From Tubiluchus corallicola (Eukaryota; Animalia; Priapulida): DNA of 64,000 bases. The stretch lies in NCBI GenBank assembly GCA_030141605.1, contig JAQGDQ010000584.1, positions 71,674 to 135,673 on the forward strand. The letters are read 5' to 3'. Positions 60,780 through 64,000 of this stretch are shown here, in pieces; within the stretch, counting starts at the first letter, position 1; the number at the start of each line of letters is the position of its first letter. Both the position numbers and the translations under genes were made by a program. Under the pieces are notes generated by a model that worked only from the letters and a program-made list of their open reading frames with translations, was not told where the DNA came from and ran no database searches.

Positions 60780-61300
60780 AGGAAAACCGGACGATTGTTT
60801 AGACTCAATCTCATTTTAATTTACTTTCCAAAATATACGTTTGCTTGCCTGTAAAAGTTAACAATTGTTTCTTATATTTGAATAATTAGCTTAGAAAGTT
60901 AATTAACGGCAATCGAACACAGTTATTGCTTACGTAAGAAACTAACCACAGTTTGTGCAATGGCAGGCATCTTCCCTGCGCGTCAAGCACGTTTGCGTAA
61001 GTGTAGTTTGCTATAAGATATTGATGTGATGTCACGAAAATGAACCCTACGTCACACAGACGAACACTGCAGTTCATGATCATGCTTATCACGGTGCCTC
61101 GCCTATTTGGCGGCCACGCGAATGTGACAAAAAGGCGCCATGGTCACTCTTAGTTAATTCGCTGAGCCACGCGTAGCTTTCAAAGTTTAACGAAATTTAA
61201 CTATCTGAGGTAATTATTATTTAATATAAGCTTTGATTTAAAAAAACTTTATAATTTTTAATATTTGGGAGCATTCTTTATTCTGAAGTAATGTTTGCAG
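60780..61300. mobile_element. Kolobok-like element, inverted copy, one end truncated
   Basis: TTAA-aggaaaaccggacgattgtttagactcaatctc is the reverse complement of the 24802 end. Confidence 0.78.
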
Positions 61301-61329
61301 ATTCTTTTTTATTATTATTATTATCACAT

Positions 61330-62080
61330 TCAGTACAATATAATGACATTAAGCACAAAGTGATATCAAAATTATTACATCATACTGCATTAAATTGTTA
61401 TGTTTCATACACTATCGTTATCATAAAAGAATAATTGTACTGCAGTGGGCTAGAAAAGCAAAGGCTTGTATAAGCCCAGCTGTCATGTGAACCCGATAAA
61501 AAAAGAACTGGGAGAAAGGTTAGATCACACAAGAAGGGTAGAAGGATGTGTTAGTGGAAATGGTAGGAAGAAAGGATAATAGATTGCGAGGTTTTCCAGT
61601 AAACGAACTTTTTCATCTAATTCTCATCAATCATTTCGTGTCCTATTCTGCCAAATTGCCACATATAAGTGATGTACTAACCTCTTTCTCAAGGAAATGT
61701 TGTCTCTGTTTTGGTTGTAAGATAGCCACATGCCAGCGACATCTGCTTTCAAAGTGCTGCATATATAATACGTTTCACCTCGTAATTTTAATGATGGACC
61801 CATTGGCTGGGCCACATCGCAGATCTACCTGTTGTAAAAACAATAATAATATATGTTCTAATATATTAATATTATAGGCTCTAATATATTCACAATGGTA
61901 AAGGAGACATAGCTTTGCATGTTTTGGAAGAGCACGAACTGGGCACTCTCTGTCTGTATTTCTCTTGTGAACAATAAACCGCAGCATCTCTGACGCGACA
62001 AAGAAAACTGGACACAAGATTCCATTATAATCGACAGCAAATGATATTGAGATTGTTGACGGGTTCAGATATTCTTGTCT
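61330..62080 (-). mobile_element. Highly decayed L2/CR1-group LINE, post-RT and 3' region
   Basis: Frameshifted remnants FFVA..MLRFIVHKRNTD..LFQNMQ..ILEPIILIY, SYNQNRDNISL and ELDEKVRLLENLAI resemble LINE ORF2 C-terminal motifs. Confidence 0.5.
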
Positions 62081-62716
62081 TCACAGGACTGGCTCTACTA
62101 TTAGGCGAACTATGCAGTTGCCTTGGCCGCCAAATTTTGGGGTAGGAGGGGCGCCAGGGTCTGTAAGAAACTTTGTAATTTTAAATTTAGCATAAGTAAT
62201 AACCTAATGCACGTGAAATTGCTTAAAAGTATACTTCACAAATTAAATGAAACAAAAACTTCGATTTACCTTCCTGTCAAAATGTTTGAGTCATGCATGG
62301 AAGTCATGGACGCTAGCAAATGTCTTCCTGGAGCAAAACACTTTCTACTTTTGGTTTAGCTGGTTTTCTGAGATTTAGTCATTTCCCGCAGATACCCAGG
62401 TCGAACAATGGCGTCATAAATTCAATTAACGCAAGCTGTAGATAGGCATTTGACTACTCTTATACATATTGTACATGTATAAGCCTAACACGCATTTACC
62501 ATTATATTCTATTATTTGTAAATTTTAAGCTGTAAATTATAAGCTATTAATTTGTAAATGTATTTTTTATGTAATAACATCATTCCGAGCTATGATGATA
62601 TTACATAAAACATAACAGGATCGTTTATATATGGCCGAACAGAACTACCTAATGATACAATTGATAGATTGTACGTTTACTCTGCATATCACAACATTGT
62701 TATATGGATTAACAAA

Positions 62717-64000
62717 TAATAGTCTTTCTATCTTTTATATCATCCCATATATGAGCTTCATTCATTATATCATTCCATTTTAAGCACTAATGTTTTTTAT
62801 CACGATTCACTTTAAATTTTCAGATTATTTTCATTACCTTTTTTGTATCACTGTGTGGGACAATCTAACAAGCCCTGCTTTTTGATTGCCCGCAACACAT
62901 TTACCTTCGTATATAAGTGAACAGTGTTTGAGGCTTTTCCTGTGCAGTATTTCTTATTTGTATTATGTTCATTGTAGGCCTTTTCACTAGATATCGTACA
63001 TGAAACTATTGTAAATGTGTAATGTGAAATAAATGACTTATGACTTATTTGGTACAAATTATGTTTTGTATTGTGAAATCAACATCTTTTACCATTATAA
63101 AGGACTTTTATTGGATTTTATACCTCTGCATACTGTATTTTTAGTGATGTGTCTTGTGTTTTTAGGTTTGGGTTCGCATTGAGAGAGCATGGCGGCTCTC
63201 CAAATAAGAATGCAATGGCTTTTTTATCGTACTACTCTCACTTGCTGAATTAAAATCAGTAATAAAGTTAGCTTACTTACGCCATTGAACCTCCTACCCA
63301 GATATTGATATGCTCATCAGAAGTCATCACCATGAATTCGTTGTCATGTTCCGTTCCACCTACTCGGATATCATATGAAAAAAGTATGACATTGGGTTCA
63401 TTTGTCTCTATCTTTAGCCACTGCAAAAACGAATTGTTGCACTTCATTAGACGGTGAAAAAACAATCAACCACACTACAAAATTATGATAGAAATTAATA
63501 AAATATTTTCATCTATACACACATACACACAAACCAGTGTGTCTACAAAACATAAAAACACAAGACACATCACTAAAAATACAGTATGCAGAGGTATAAA
63601 ATCCAATAAAAGTCCTTTATAATGGTAAAAGATGTTGATTTCACAATACAAAACATAATTTGTACCAAATAAGTCATAAGTCATTTATTTCACATTACAC
63701 ATTTACAATAGTTTCATGTACGATATCTAGTGAAAAGGCCTACAATGAACATAATACAAATAAGAAATACTGCACAGGAAAAGCCTCAAACACTGTTCAC
63801 TTATATACGAAGGTAAATGTGTTGCGGGCAATCAAAAAGCAGGGCTTGTTAGATTGTCCCACACAGTGATACAAAAAAGGTAATGAAAATAATCTGAAAA
63901 TTTAAAGTGAATCGTGATAAAAAACATTAGTGCTTAAAATGGAATGATATAATGAATGAAGCTCATATATGGGATGATATAAAAGATAGAAAGACTATTA
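62717..64000. repeat. Inverted duplication: 62717-63164 versus 63553-64000 (runs off the window), 388-bp spacer
   Basis: Arms are reverse complements with no net indel (coordinate sum 126717 at both ends); identical 69-aa ORFs at 62848-63057(-) and 63660-63869(+). Confidence 0.95.
63166..63550 (-). mobile_element. Decayed LINE fragment at the RT-domain start (spacer of the inverted repeat)
   Basis: Remnants CNNSFLQ.LKI, KLTLL..SK and TIKKPLHSYLESRHALS resemble LxNLSFxxGxFPxxLKIAKV...YRPISLL.SK.LEKxIKKRLxSYLE. Confidence 0.45.

Noticed and set aside
61617-61990. Compact minus-strand gene with 22-65 nt micro-introns (phases can be made to fit)
   Set aside because: The same bases give frameshifted L2/CR1 ORF2 C-terminal motifs, and 22-34 nt introns conflict with the other introns here (>=125 nt). 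A decayed LINE is more parsimonious.
62822-63255. Micro-exon chain on + within the left inverted arm (and mirrored on -)
   Set aside because: Needs several weak splice sites, gives no recognisable protein and overlaps LINE-like remnants.

Overview
AT-rich, intron-rich eukaryotic genomic DNA, most likely from an invertebrate animal. The single-ORF track is largely uninformative because the genes are split into short exons. Reading splice sites by hand gives four spliced genes. (1) The 3' part of an ODR-4 homolog on + (exons from 1001, stop at 8409). (2) A ~374 aa C2H2 zinc-finger gene on - (23926->17926) with an ALDLS CtBP-type motif. (3) A ~493 aa gene on - (46438->26878) with six C2H2 fingers, one degenerate finger, a Tudor/SH3-like beta-barrel and an acidic tail. 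(4) A putative ~169 aa secreted acidic orphan protein on + (53009->60727). Introns and intergenic DNA hold many minisatellites, non-autonomous DNA transposons (hAT, Kolobok-like, Tc1/pogo-like), decayed LINE fragments (L2/CR1 group, RTE) and microsatellites. The most striking structures are an apparently perfect >=448 bp inverted duplication at the right edge, embedded in an old decayed LINE; a telomere-like array enclosed in a TIR element; and tandem arrays that repeatedly abut splice sites. No prokaryotic systems (CRISPR etc.), tRNAs or rRNAs were seen. All gene models are manual predictions without transcript or database support.
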